Part shown: one piece after another, positions 29,598-39,428 of the stretch
Layout of the letters: each line of letters starts with the position of its first letter
How positions within the stretch are numbered: the stretch's first letter is position 1
Source: an uncultured bacterium
GTDB taxonomy: Bacteria; Actinomycetota; Acidimicrobiia; Spongiisociales; ZC4RG35
Assembly: GCA_963753285.1 (NCBI GenBank)
Contig: CAVWBT010000005.1
Coordinates: forward strand, 132,564 to 196,563
Reading direction: 5' to 3'
DNA length: 64,000 bases
Translations under genes and position numbers: made by a program
The notes under the pieces: model-generated
What the model was told of the DNA's origin: nothing
The model's input: only the letters and a program-made list of their open reading frames with translations
The model's database searches: none

Positions 29598-32281
29598 CGT
29601 TCGTGGTGCCGCTCGTGCTCCTTCTGATCCCTCCCGGTGTCTGGCTCATCTGGAAGATCGGAGCTTCCGGCGTCCGTCGGGTCCCGCTCCGTCAGCATCG
29701 CTGGTCGATCGTCGCACGGTCGATCGCGTTCGCGCTGCTCGTCGCAGCAGTGGCTCAGCCGGCTGCGGTGAGGGCGGTAGAGGACAAGACGGTCTTCTTC
29801 CTGCTCGATCGATCCGACTCGATCGGCGCCGACGCCCGTGCCGTGCAGGAGCGCATCGTCAACGATGCACTGGGAGAAGCGGGACCCACAGACCGGGTCG
29901 GCGTCGGCGTCTTCGGTGCCGGTCTCGAAGTGGACACGGCGCTGACCATCGGCTTGGACTCGATCAGCATCGGCGCCGTGTCCGAGGGCGCCGCGACCGA
30001 CGTGGAGGCCTCGCTGCGATCGGCCGCTTCGCTGCTCCCATCGGAGGGCTCTCGCCGGATCGTCGTGCTGACGGACCTCGTGGAGACATCGGGTGATGCC
30101 CGTGCGGCGGCCCGCGAGTTGGCGGCCGACGGCGTGGCCGTGGATGTCATCTCGTTGTCGACTGCTCGCAGCGCCGATGTGCTGGTCGAGTCCGTGAGGC
30201 TTCCCGCGACAGCCAGGGTCGGGGACACCGTCACGGCCCGAATCGCGGTTCGATCGAACCAGGCGGGCCAGGCGACGCTCGACATCGACGCCGGCGGAGA
30301 CACGCTGCGCCAGACCGTCGAACTCGAGGGCGGGTCTCAGGTCATCGAGGTCGAGGTTCCCGTGACGGACCCGGGCGCGCTCTCGGTCGAGGTGACGGTC
30401 GACGCGGACTTCGACACCCGGGCGGAGAACAACTCCGCTCAGGGCGTGTCTCGGGTGTTGGGCCCGGCGACGGTGGCGGTCGTCGAAGCGGTGGACGGAG
30501 AGGCGGAGGCACTGACGGCGGCGCTTGAAGCAAGCGGCCTGGTGGTCGACGAACTGGGGGCGGTCCCCGACGAGGGTCGCCTGCTCGGCTACGACGCCGT
30601 GGTCCTGGTGAACGTCCCCCAGCCCGACAACGCCTCCGCTCAGCGGCTCGCCTCGTATGTCGAGGATCTGGGCCGCGGCCTCGTGGTGGTCGGAGGAGAC
30701 CAGGCGTACGGGCTGGGCGACTACCACGAGACGCCGCTCGAAGCCGTGCTACCCGTGTCGTCGAATCCCGATGATCTCATCAGGCGTCAGCCCGTCGCGG
30801 AGGTGCTGGTGATCGACACGTCCGGTTCGATGGGCCGATGCCACTGCAACAACGGCGTGTTCGACGAGACGGGCCCCAACAAGACGGACATCTCGAGGGC
30901 GGGCGCCACACTCGCCATCGATGCGCTCGACGACACCGACACGGTCGGGGTGTTGTCGTTCTCGAGTGGATATGACTGGGTGATCCCGCTGGGTGTGAAG
31001 CCGGATCCGGTGACCGTCGACGAGGCCCTGGGCGGTCTCGTCCCCGAAGGCGACACCGAGATCGGCGTCGCCCTGGAAGCCGCGCTCGACGAGCTCGAGA
31101 CGGTGCCGAACGCGTTGCGACACATCGTGTTGTTCACCGACGGTTGGGACCCGAACGACGCCAACCTCGTCCCTATCTCGAGACGGATCGCAGACGCCGG
31201 CGTCACGCTCTCGGTGCTGGGAACTGGTGAGGGCCCGGGAACGACGCTGCAACGCATGGCCGACGTCGGGGGCGGGCGGTTCTATCCGGGGACGGATCTC
31301 GCGAGCGTTCCCGAGATCTTCGTCGAGGAGACCCTCACGGTGGCGCGGAACCTCGCAACCGAAGGCTCGTTCTTTCCCGCTCTGCGGGTTCCTTCACCGG
31401 CAACCGATCTGCTCACGTCGACTCCGCCTCTGTTCGGATACGTCCTGACCAAGGCCAAGGCGACCGCGTCGGTGAATCTGGAGATCGGACAAGCCGATCC
31501 GCTCCTGGCAGGTTGGCAGCGCGGGTTGGGGCGCGTCACTGCCTGGACGTCGGATGCCACGTCGCGCTGGTCGACCGGCTGGCTGGACTGGGACGGCTAC
31601 GTCGACTTCTGGGGGACGGTCGTCAGGGAAGTGCTTCCGGCAGGAAGGGAGCGGCCTCCGGAGGTCTTCGTGGAAGATGGACGCGTGCGCGTGGTCGCCC
31701 CTGCATCCGGGCTCGGCGACGCCGCGACGGCGATCGCCCGCGTCCGGCTCCCGGACGGCGAACTGCGAGCGATTCCGATGGTCAGAACCTCGGAGTCGGA
31801 GTTCACCGCCGAGACGGCGGCGCCCATTCCCGGCGCGTACTGGACGGCCGTGACCATCGAAGACGGGTCCGGTGGGTCGATCACGTCCGGATCCGGCGCC
31901 GTGTCGAGCTATGAGGAGGAGTTTGCGTTCCGGGAACCGGACCCGACGCTCGGAAACGACCTCACGGGGATCACCGGCGGCCGGCTCGAACCGTCGGTGA
32001 CGGCGCTCTTCGACTCGGCTCCGGCGCTCGGCCGCTTGGAGCAGCCGTTGTGGCCCATCCTCGTCCTGGTCGGGCTGCTGGTGTTCCTTCTGGACGTGGC
32101 GCTGCGACGTCTGGTCTTCGTCGAGGGTGACGCCGAGGAGTGGAAGCGCGGGATGACGTCGGAGACGCGACGTGAGCGGGTGCGCGTGGCTGATGTCGAG
32201 GCCAGGAGATCCGAGGCCGGAGATCGAGAGCTCGCCTCCGAGTCCGAGACCCTCCAACGCCTGATGCGTCGCAAACGCTGA
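29594..32281 (+). CDS. Membrane protein with two vWA domains and a GATase-like (DUF1355-type) domain
   Basis: LLDRSDSI and VIDTSGSM MIDAS motifs; LVVVGGDQAYGLGDY..TPLE..LPV; LFTDG; WQRGLGRVTAWTSD. Confidence 0.85.
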   Translation: MTFVVPLVLLLIPPGVWLIWKIGASGVRRVPLRQHRWSIVARSIAFALLVAAVAQPAAVRAVEDKTVFFLLDRSDSIGADARAVQERIVNDALGEAGPTDRVGVGVFGAGLEVDTALTIGLDSISIGAVSEGAATDVEASLRSAASLLPSEGSRRIVVLTDLVETSGDARAAARELAADGVAVDVISLSTARSADVLVESVRLPATARVGDTVTARIAVRSNQAGQATLDIDAGGDTLRQTVELEGGSQVIEVEVPVTDPGALSVEVTVDADFDTRAENNSAQGVSRVLGPATVAVVEAVDGEAEALTAALEASGLVVDELGAVPDEGRLLGYDAVVLVNVPQPDNASAQRLASYVEDLGRGLVVVGGDQAYGLGDYHETPLEAVLPVSSNPDDLIRRQPVAEVLVIDTSGSMGRCHCNNGVFDETGPNKTDISRAGATLAIDALDDTDTVGVLSFSSGYDWVIPLGVKPDPVTVDEALGGLVPEGDTEIGVALEAALDELETVPNALRHIVLFTDGWDPNDANLVPISRRIADAGVTLSVLGTGEGPGTTLQRMADVGGGRFYPGTDLASVPEIFVEETLTVARNLATEGSFFPALRVPSPATDLLTSTPPLFGYVLTKAKATASVNLEIGQADPLLAGWQRGLGRVTAWTSDATSRWSTGWLDWDGYVDFWGTVVREVLPAGRERPPEVFVEDGRVRVVAPASGLGDAATAIARVRLPDGELRAIPMVRTSESEFTAETAAPIPGAYWTAVTIEDGSGGSITSGSGAVSSYEEEFAFREPDPTLGNDLTGITGGRLEPSVTALFDSAPALGRLEQPLWPILVLVGLLVFLLDVALRRLVFVEGDAEEWKRGMTSETRRERVRVADVEARRSEAGDRELASESETLQRLMRRKR

Positions 32282-32446
32282 CGGCACCTTCGGCCGAACC
32301 CAGGGTTCCTGTCGACATCTGGTGTCGATCTCAGGTCAAGGTTCGGCGATCCGGACAGATGCGGCGTGGCGGTACGATCACTCCATGGCCCGCCGTCCCT
32401 CCCTTCCGAGATCGCGTTCTGTGTCGCTCGGAGACCGCTGATCTCG

Positions 32447-33025
32447 ATGGGGTTCACACGCGAAGAGCTCGAAGCCTTCCAGGATGCCACGGTCCCCGAT
32501 CTGATCGGGCCGGACCCCGAGCTGTTGTTTGTCGGCATCAATCCCGGTCTGTGGACTGCGGCGACACAGACGCACTTCGCCCACCCCGGGAACCGTTTCT
32601 ACCCGGCGTTGTTCTCTGCAGGCGTGATCGATCGCGAGATCGATCGCAGCAACGGCTTCACCGACGCCGACCGGGCCCACCTCATCGAACGCGGGATCGG
32701 CATCACCAACATCGTCCAGCGTGCCACCGCCCGCGCCTCCGAGCTGACCGCCGACGAGCTTCGGGCAGGAGGTGATGCGCTCACCGCCAAGGTCGCCGAG
32801 CTTCGTCCAGCCGTTGTCGCGATCGCCGGGATCACTGCATATCGCACGGCGTACGGCCGGAAGCAGGCCGTCGTCGGGCGCCAGCCCGACCGTCTCGCCG
32901 GTGCGGAGTTGTGGGTGGTCCCGAATCCGAGCGGATTGAACGCCCACGAGACGACCGAGACCCTGACCGAGCGGTACCGAGAAGTGGCGATCGCTGCCGG
33001 CATCGTCGAGACGGACGCCCGATGA
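32447..33025 (+). CDS. mug: G/U mismatch-specific DNA glycosylase
   Basis: LFVGINPG, HFAHPGNRFYPAL, GITNIV, VVPNPSGLN. Confidence 0.92.
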   Translation: MGFTREELEAFQDATVPDLIGPDPELLFVGINPGLWTAATQTHFAHPGNRFYPALFSAGVIDREIDRSNGFTDADRAHLIERGIGITNIVQRATARASELTADELRAGGDALTAKVAELRPAVVAIAGITAYRTAYGRKQAVVGRQPDRLAGAELWVVPNPSGLNAHETTETLTERYREVAIAAGIVETDAR

Positions 33026-33285
33026 TGTCGCACCCCGAGCCACCGAGCGAGCGGCAGGTGCTCTACGCCCTCGTTTCCGCCGGGTTCGTCCTCGTGGTTG
33101 CCGTGCTGGTCATCGGGGCGGCATACGCCGGTCTCGTGCCGGTTTGGTGGTCGGTGGTGGCGGGAGCCGCCACGCTCGTCGTCGGCGGTCTGTCTGCGCT
33201 GCGATGGCGTGACACGAGGTTCGTCCTTCTGGCCTCGATCATGCTGTTCCTCGCCTGGACCGTCGGAACGCTGCTCGTTCGATGA
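33022..33285 (+). CDS. Small 3-TM membrane protein
   Basis: Hydrophobic helices; overlaps mug and the next gene. Confidence 0.65.
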   Translation: MMSHPEPPSERQVLYALVSAGFVLVVAVLVIGAAYAGLVPVWWSVVAGAATLVVGGLSALRWRDTRFVLLASIMLFLAWTVGTLLVR

Positions 33286-33917
33286 CCAGGGTGGCCGGCG
33301 TCGACATCGCACGGGGAGCGTGGCTGGTCGTCTACCTCGATGAGGGGGGCTGCTTCGACGGCGCCGTGGTGGCCGAACGGCTCTCGGACATCGAGATCGA
33401 CGCCGAGGTCGTCGCGATCGACGTCCCCCTCGACTTGCCAACGGATTCGATCGGGCGACCTGCCGAGGAAGAGGCCCGGCGGATGATCGGCGAGCGCCGG
33501 AACTCCGTGTTCCGGTCGCTCCCCATGGGTCTCTACCAGGCGGACTACACCGAGGCATCGAGGCGTACGGCGCGGGAGTCATACGGGATGTCGTTCTCGA
33601 AGCAGTCCTGGAATCTGGGGGCGGCGGTGACCGACGCAGCCGCCGCTCGCACGAACACGTGGTACGAGACCCACCCCGAATTGGCATTTCGGCAGATCAA
33701 GGGAGCGCCGCTCGACTCGAAGAAGGTGTGGTCCGGCGTGCGGCAGCGCATCGACTGCCTCGCCGCCGTCGGAATCGACTTGCCGGCCATCGAGGGCAGA
33801 CTGCATCCCGACGATGCCCTCGACGCCGCAGTGTGTGCATTCGTGGCTTCGCGTATCGCCAATGGCGTCGCCCACCGTGTCCCCACCGTCGGGGCCGGCC
33901 CCTACATCTGGTTCTGA
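33282..33917 (+). CDS. DUF429 family protein (predicted RNase H-like nuclease)
   Basis: GVDIARGAW, VAIDVPL, YETHPELAF, DDALDAAVCA. Confidence 0.85.
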   Translation: MTRVAGVDIARGAWLVVYLDEGGCFDGAVVAERLSDIEIDAEVVAIDVPLDLPTDSIGRPAEEEARRMIGERRNSVFRSLPMGLYQADYTEASRRTARESYGMSFSKQSWNLGAAVTDAAAARTNTWYETHPELAFRQIKGAPLDSKKVWSGVRQRIDCLAAVGIDLPAIEGRLHPDDALDAAVCAFVASRIANGVAHRVPTVGAGPYIWF

Positions 33918-33929
33918 TCCCGATCGTTC

Positions 33930-34397
33930 CCCGGAACGGGGATCGAGATCTCGCCTTCAGCGGCGCTCCGATTCAACGGATATCCGACGACCACGTCGGG
34001 TGGCGAGGGAAGCTGGATCGCCAGTGTTTACCGAAGGCCAAAGGCTCGAATAGCTCGCGGTAGAGGTCGGTCTCGCCGAACTGCTCGCCCCCCAGGGACA
34101 TCGCAGAACCGGAGCGCGCCGTTGAACGGGGCCGATTCGCGGTGACGATCAGCGGCTGTCGAAACGCCAATCGGTCGCATACCGGTTTGAGGCGCTCGGC
34201 AAGCGCCTGAGAATCGGGGGACCGATGAGGTACCGAGAGTCCCCGGTCGTCAGGGTCATGTCGTTGAAGGAAACGCTCGTGCAGGGGATCAACGACGGGA
34301 GGAGGTCGAGGACGGCCTCGAGTTCGGGCACCGGCGACGACGCCAGGGTGGTGGCTGCGCCGAGGATTGAACGCATGTCTGTGTCGTCGAGAACCAC
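33930..34397 (-). pseudogene. Degenerate fragment of a sensor(GAF-like)-LuxR regulator N-terminus
   Basis: Pieces in shifting frames: LLPSLIPCTSVSFNDM / QPLIV / FNGALRFCD / ETDLYRELFEP / stop / LAIQLPSPPDVVVGYPLNRS. No HTH is recovered. Confidence 0.5.
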
Positions 34398-34416
34398 GTC
34401 TAGCGGAGCGCAGCCC

Positions 34417-34432
34417 TACGTCTAATGACGTA
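34417..34432. promoter_or_regulatory. Inverted repeat TACGTC-N4-GACGTA, possible LuxR/NarL-type operator
   Basis: Perfect 6-4-6 palindrome between divergent genes. Confidence 0.45.
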
Positions 34433-34532
34433 TTGCGTCGAGTGCGGTGGGTAGCGAAGGTGGCCGCATGAATCGAGACGGTGGGATCCGGGTCTGCGAT
34501 GGGGTTCGGTCCCGGGGGATTGCCTGAACTCC

Positions 34533-35567
34533 GTGCGACGACTGCTGGTGGTGATTGGTGTGGCGCTCGCCCTCGTCGGGGGTGCTGCCCCGGGACCGGT
34601 TCCTGCCAGCCGTGCGCAGAATCCTGACTTCTCGGAGGGCTCGTGGGAGGGCTACCTCGGGATGCACGACGAGACGGTATATCGAGACGGCGGTGCGTCC
34701 GAGGTGTACGCGGACTACCAGGCCCTCGGCAACTTCGAGGCGTCATCGGTGGCCGGAACCGTTTCCGGGCGGTGGCTGATCGACCTCCACTCCGTCGCCT
34801 CGACCGAGGAGGTGGCGTCGGAGGCCTATGCGATCGGTGTCGGAGTGCTCAGGGGCTCCACTTTCGGAGTCGACCTCGAGCTCGACACTCTCACTGTATC
34901 CGAGCCGTCCATCGGAATGTCGCTGACGTTCACTGCCGAGGAGCTCCCGACGCCGGGCGCAGGGCGACTGGAGGTGACCGGCGGGGACTGCAACACCGTT
35001 TGGGGGGACTGGGTCATCGAGTTCCCCAGTCATCCACTCGAAGGACAGTTCTCGGCGTTCCGGGTGGGCGTCGAGGCCGACGACGAGAGCGTGGCGGCTT
35101 CGAGGCGAGCGAGCCAGGAACAGCTGTCGGCCCGCGGCCGCAGCCTCCTCACCGACATTCGTGCGGGCAACATCGATGTCGAGTCGATCCGCGAGCTGCT
35201 CCAGGCCGTCGAGGGAGCTCTCGCCTACGGAGGACGCGGGTCGTGCGGAGGCGACGACAGTGGCAGCTTCCGGGCCGCAACCACCGAGCTGATCGATTCG
35301 ATGCTCTTCGAGCTGGCCGGTGGCGCCGATGAGCTCGACGTCGAGAGTCTCATCGAGTTGATCGTGGCCGGGTTTCGCTCCGGGAGCTTCTTCGCGGATC
35401 CGGAGGCTCGGGACTTCTGGCTCGGCGTCTACGACGAAGCGGTCGATGCCGCTCTCGCCGGTGGTGATCGCCCGACGCTCGCGAGGTTCTCGGCGGCCAG
35501 CCGTCTGCTCGGCTTCGACGAACAGGCCGCGGTCATCGACGCGCTGCTGGCGGATCTCGGCTCGTGA
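34533..35567 (+). CDS. Secreted hypothetical protein
   Basis: Sec signal (MRRLLVVIGVALALVGGAA), beta-rich N-half, helical C-half. Confidence 0.7.
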   Translation: MRRLLVVIGVALALVGGAAPGPVPASRAQNPDFSEGSWEGYLGMHDETVYRDGGASEVYADYQALGNFEASSVAGTVSGRWLIDLHSVASTEEVASEAYAIGVGVLRGSTFGVDLELDTLTVSEPSIGMSLTFTAEELPTPGAGRLEVTGGDCNTVWGDWVIEFPSHPLEGQFSAFRVGVEADDESVAASRRASQEQLSARGRSLLTDIRAGNIDVESIRELLQAVEGALAYGGRGSCGGDDSGSFRAATTELIDSMLFELAGGADELDVESLIELIVAGFRSGSFFADPEARDFWLGVYDEAVDAALAGGDRPTLARFSAASRLLGFDEQAAVIDALLADLGS

Positions 35568-36058
35568 CGGTTCTGGCGCGAGCCCATCGGACGGTGGTTC
35601 TGATCATCGCCATGGCATGGATGATTTCCGGGTGCGGCGGGGACGCCGAGCCGGTTGCGGCGACTGCCGTGCCTGGCGTAGCGACCGAGACGACGGCAAT
35701 CGGAGGTGCTCCGGAGGTCGACGCCGTGGACCCGTCGTCGACGATCGCCCCCGAGCTGCCGGCCCCTGAGCGCCCCTATGCGGCAATGACGCTCAGAGCG
35801 GCGGAGACGGGCCCGAATCCGATGCTGACCTGGGACGCGGTCAGCGGTGCTGTGTTGTACCGCCTCGTCGTCCTCGACCCCGACGGCCGGCCCTACTGGG
35901 CCTGGAGCGGCGCGGCCACATCCGTTCATCTGGGTGGTAGTGGTGCTGCAACCGTCGTCGGCGCGCGAGTGTTTGCCGAGATGACCTGGCAGGTGTCGGC
36001 CCATGATGACGCGGGTGTCCCGTTGGCGGTGTCCGACGTCGGTCTGCTGTCGCCTTGA
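35564..36058 (+). CDS. Lipoprotein with Fn3-like domain
   Basis: Lipobox ISGC; LTWDAVSGAVLYRLVV...W.VSA pattern; GTGA overlap. Confidence 0.7.
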   Translation: MTVLARAHRTVVLIIAMAWMISGCGGDAEPVAATAVPGVATETTAIGGAPEVDAVDPSSTIAPELPAPERPYAAMTLRAAETGPNPMLTWDAVSGAVLYRLVVLDPDGRPYWAWSGAATSVHLGGSGAATVVGARVFAEMTWQVSAHDDAGVPLAVSDVGLLSP

Positions 36059-36134
36059 TTCTCCACGCTCATTTCGCTGCTCGTGGCCCAGGCGACACCG
36101 TGAAAGGAACCCCGCAAGGCGGCTTCCGACACTG

Positions 36135-36482
36135 ATGACCGCCAACCGATCTCTCCTCTTGTCGCTCGCTGGGCTCGGTGCATGTGGCTCCGGCGACGAT
36201 CCCGCAGCGGCGATCGCCCCGGCCGATGCAGTGAGTGGCACGACCGGCGCCGGAGCGGTGCCGAGTGCACTGGACGACGAGGAGAGTTCGGCGTCGACCG
36301 AGGCGCGGTCCGAGACCACTCCGGCCGGCGTGGCGGGGGTTCTTCTACCTGGTTCAGGGGCAGGCGCACGCCGCCTCGCCGTCGACGGCGCCAACGTGTC
36401 TGGGTCGTTCACGATGTCGTCGGCCGGGAGTGACAGGCCGTACAGCGACGAGGTCGAGGTCACCGCTGACTTCCGCTGCTGA
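36135..36482 (+). CDS. Short, possibly eroded lipoprotein
   Basis: LGAC lipobox-like motif with a weak signal peptide; low-complexity linker. Confidence 0.4.
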   Translation: MTANRSLLLSLAGLGACGSGDDPAAAIAPADAVSGTTGAGAVPSALDDEESSASTEARSETTPAGVAGVLLPGSGAGARRLAVDGANVSGSFTMSSAGSDRPYSDEVEVTADFRC

Positions 36483-36523
36483 CGCGGCTTGCGAACAGGG
36501 AGCGGTCCGACGTAGCTCGGGCG

Positions 36524-37768
36524 TCAGGGTTCGGCTGTGATCACTCGTGCGTCAGGGAAGAATGCGGCGAAGGCGAACCAGAACTCGTTGCGATGCGGGA
36601 CGAGCGCCAGCTCCGCTCCGGTGAGCGGCCCGTCGACGGCGAGCCCCTGGAGCGTCCACGTGCTCCCCGTCTCGTTGTCGACGAACACGTCGACCTCGGG
36701 GCTCTCGAAGGTGAGCCGATCACCGTCGACCACCGGGTCGAACGCAACGCCGGTTCCGATCGCCTGCCCGTCCGCGACCTGGAAGCTGTCGAGCGCGTCG
36801 GTGGTCGACGGCGCACCCCAGAAGATCGCGATCGGCTCCCCGCCGACCTCGTCGTTGACCACTCTCGACTCGGAGATGATCGAGAAGGGGTATCCAGCCG
36901 TCGACTCGTCGATCGTGACGGCCACGACCCGTTCGAGGGCGGGGAAGCGGTCGTCGAGCTCGGCGGTGAAGAAGCCGCCGATCGGAGCGTTGCGTGACGA
37001 GTAGCCGACGTAGGGGTTCTGGCCGTAGGGGATGCCGAAGCCCTGGTCGCGCCCGAGCACTTCGCTGTCGGGATTGTTGTCACGGAAGTCCGCCCAGCGC
37101 ACGATCGCCGACGGCAGCGGTTCGAGTCGTGTTCCGGTGAGCTCGCCCACGATCGCCTCTCCGGTGATCTGTTGCCACAGCGATTGGGTGGCGTCGTCCC
37201 ACATCACGAGGTCCGAGTTGCGAAGGAGCCCGGATACGCCCATGCGGAGCACTTCGCCATCGACTCGGCGATCGAAGGCGATTCCCGTGTTGCACAATGG
37301 GCAGTAGGTGACGGCAACGGATACATCGCCGAACCGGTCGTTCACGATCTCGTGGCGATGGAGGATCCGGATCGGGTAGAAGCGCGTGATGTCTCCGACG
37401 TCGACCAGCACACCGGGCTCGTCGTCCTCGAGCCACTCGTCGGCTTCGCTCACCGTCTCGAAGGCCGGATCGTCGATTGGCGGGATCGCATCCCTTGGAT
37501 CGAGCATGCGGATACCCACCTGGAGTTCGCTCAGATCGATCGAACTGGTCTTGAAGTCGGTCTCCCAGTCCTCGGTGACGACCCGCAGGTTCGGGGGCAG
37601 CTCGAAGGAACCGGTGGATTCTGTCACGGTTTCGATCGCTGTGGTGGAATCGGCCTCGGCCGTGCTACTCGTCGTAGTGGGCTGGTCGGTGGTGGTCGCA
37701 GTCCCGGAGCACGCAGCCAGGACCAGTGCGGCGGCGATCGGCTCGATGAGTCGTGTCACGTTCGGCAT
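36524..37768 (-). CDS. DUF3179 family lipoprotein
   Basis: Lipobox LAAC; DAIPPIDDP, VTYCPLCNTG, GVSGLLRNSDLVMWD..T.SLWQQ, FWFAFAAFFP. Confidence 0.9.
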   Translation of the reverse strand: MPNVTRLIEPIAAALVLAACSGTATTTDQPTTTSSTAEADSTTAIETVTESTGSFELPPNLRVVTEDWETDFKTSSIDLSELQVGIRMLDPRDAIPPIDDPAFETVSEADEWLEDDEPGVLVDVGDITRFYPIRILHRHEIVNDRFGDVSVAVTYCPLCNTGIAFDRRVDGEVLRMGVSGLLRNSDLVMWDDATQSLWQQITGEAIVGELTGTRLEPLPSAIVRWADFRDNNPDSEVLGRDQGFGIPYGQNPYVGYSSRNAPIGGFFTAELDDRFPALERVVAVTIDESTAGYPFSIISESRVVNDEVGGEPIAIFWGAPSTTDALDSFQVADGQAIGTGVAFDPVVDGDRLTFESPEVDVFVDNETGSTWTLQGLAVDGPLTGAELALVPHRNEFWFAFAAFFPDARVITAEP

Positions 37769-37911
37769 TCTGCCCCTCCTCTCGATCCCTCAACCGAGGG
37801 TCGGACCGTGGCATTCCTTGCAGTGTCGGGCTCCCGATACTCGTCCTTGTGTCTATCGAGTCCATCGTGTTTCCATTTGATTTCGTCGAACACCTATGAT
37901 TTGAGATGGTT

Positions 37912-37930
37912 CCTCACGTGCCACGTGAGG
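37912..37930. promoter_or_regulatory. Inverted repeat CCTCACGTG-C-CACGTGAGG upstream of the sugar ABC operon
   Basis: Perfect 9-1-9 palindrome in the AT-richer divergent promoter region. Confidence 0.45.
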
Positions 37931-37988
37931 GATCGCGCGGTCCGGAGACACGGGCCCAGACAAAACAACCCCAACGGGAGGAAACTCG

Positions 37989-39404
37989 ATGCTGAAGCAC
38001 ACGAGGCTCATCGCCTTGCTGACAGCGCTGATGCTCGTCCTCGCCGCCTGCGCATCGGACAGCGAAACCGCTGACGACGGCGACACAGGCGACGATACGA
38101 CGGCAACAACCGAAGCAACCACCGATACAACGGCAGCACCTGACGACACGACCGAGACCACCGAGGCCATGGACGAGGAAGTGGATCTCGCCGGTACGAC
38201 GGTCACGGTCTTCTCGTCCGAAGACGGCGTCGACGAGGCGACCGGCATCCAGCGGGCGCTCGACGTCTTCGCCGAGAGGAACGGGATGACGATCACCCAC
38301 ACGGGTGCCCGGGACTTCTCGGATCAGATCAACGCCCAGGCTGCCGGCGGCAACCCGCCTGACATCGGCATGTTCCCGCAGCCGGGAAAGGTGCTGGACT
38401 TCGCCGCTCAGGGCTTCTTGCTGCCGATCCCAGAAGATCTGGTGTCGGTCGTTCGCCCGCAGTGGCCGGGCGGCACGCTCGAGACCTACACCTACGAGGA
38501 CGATGTGTACGCCTTCCAGGTCAAGACCGACCTCAAGTCGATCGTCTGGTACAACACGCAGGTGTTCTCCGACGGCGGCTACGCGATCCCGACGACGTTC
38601 CAGGAGCTCGTCGACCTGAGCAATCAGATGATCGCCGACGGTCAGACCCCCTGGTGTGTGGGCATCGAGTCGGGTCCGGCCACAGGCTGGACGTTCACCG
38701 ACTGGATGGAAGACATGATGCTGCGGATCGAAGGACCCGAGCAGTACGACCGGTGGACGAGCGGTGAACTCGAGTTCTCCGACCCGGCAGTCGTGAACGT
38801 CGCCCAGACGATCCTCGATCTCTGGAACACCCCCGGATCGGTGTACGCGGCCGGTGGTTCGATCGCCGCAACCGCCCACAGCGCCGACAACGGGCAGCCG
38901 CTCGCCGACGGGACCTGCGCCATGGTGCGCCAGGCGTCCTTCTTTGCGGCATTCCTGCCCGAGGGCACGCCGGTTGGACCTGACGGACAGGTCGACACGT
39001 TCTACTTCCCGAACGTGGACACCAACTCGGCTCCGACGCTGACTGCCGGCAACTCGGCCGCCGCGTTCCGCGATGCGCCTGAAGTCTGGGCCGTCATGGA
39101 GTACCTGGGGTCCGCCGAGTACGCCGAAGAGCGGCAGAAGGCTCAGCGCGAGATCAAGGGCGGTGACGCCTCCGGATTCCTCACGTCGAACCTGGATGTG
39201 GACCTCGGCCTCTGGAATGAGCTCGAAGGCGGCTTCATCGCGATCCTGGCCAGTGCAGATCCGGCCCGTTTCGACGGGTCGGACCTCATGCCTGCTGCCG
39301 TCGGATCCGGAGCGTTCTGGACCGAAGGAACCAGCGCAGTGAACGGAGACAAGTCGGTCGAAGAGGCCTTCACGGCGATCGACGCTGCTTGGCCGTCCAA
39401 CTGA
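37989..39404 (+). CDS. Carbohydrate ABC transporter substrate-binding lipoprotein (CUT1, AglE-like)
   Basis: Lipobox LAAC, Thr/Asp linker, KSIVWYN, WCVGIESGPATGWTFTDWMED, RFDGSDLMP..VG.G.FW. Confidence 0.92.
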   Translation: MLKHTRLIALLTALMLVLAACASDSETADDGDTGDDTTATTEATTDTTAAPDDTTETTEAMDEEVDLAGTTVTVFSSEDGVDEATGIQRALDVFAERNGMTITHTGARDFSDQINAQAAGGNPPDIGMFPQPGKVLDFAAQGFLLPIPEDLVSVVRPQWPGGTLETYTYEDDVYAFQVKTDLKSIVWYNTQVFSDGGYAIPTTFQELVDLSNQMIADGQTPWCVGIESGPATGWTFTDWMEDMMLRIEGPEQYDRWTSGELEFSDPAVVNVAQTILDLWNTPGSVYAAGGSIAATAHSADNGQPLADGTCAMVRQASFFAAFLPEGTPVGPDGQVDTFYFPNVDTNSAPTLTAGNSAAAFRDAPEVWAVMEYLGSAEYAEERQKAQREIKGGDASGFLTSNLDVDLGLWNELEGGFIAILASADPARFDGSDLMPAAVGSGAFWTEGTSAVNGDKSVEEAFTAIDAAWPSN

Positions 39405-39428
39405 CATAGAAGACAACTCAATGAATAT

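Noticed and set aside
32293-32347. Irregular hairpin GCCGAACC...GGTTCGGC after the vWA operon; similar CGACAC-containing stems near 6977, 15908 and 46400
   Set aside because: Similarity among the sites is too short to define a REP family by eye; most likely ordinary terminators.
36471-36526. Second possible C-UGA selenocysteine read-through (…FRC-TGA)
   Set aside because: No SECIS-like hairpin at the right distance, and the read-through peptide has no recognisable motif.
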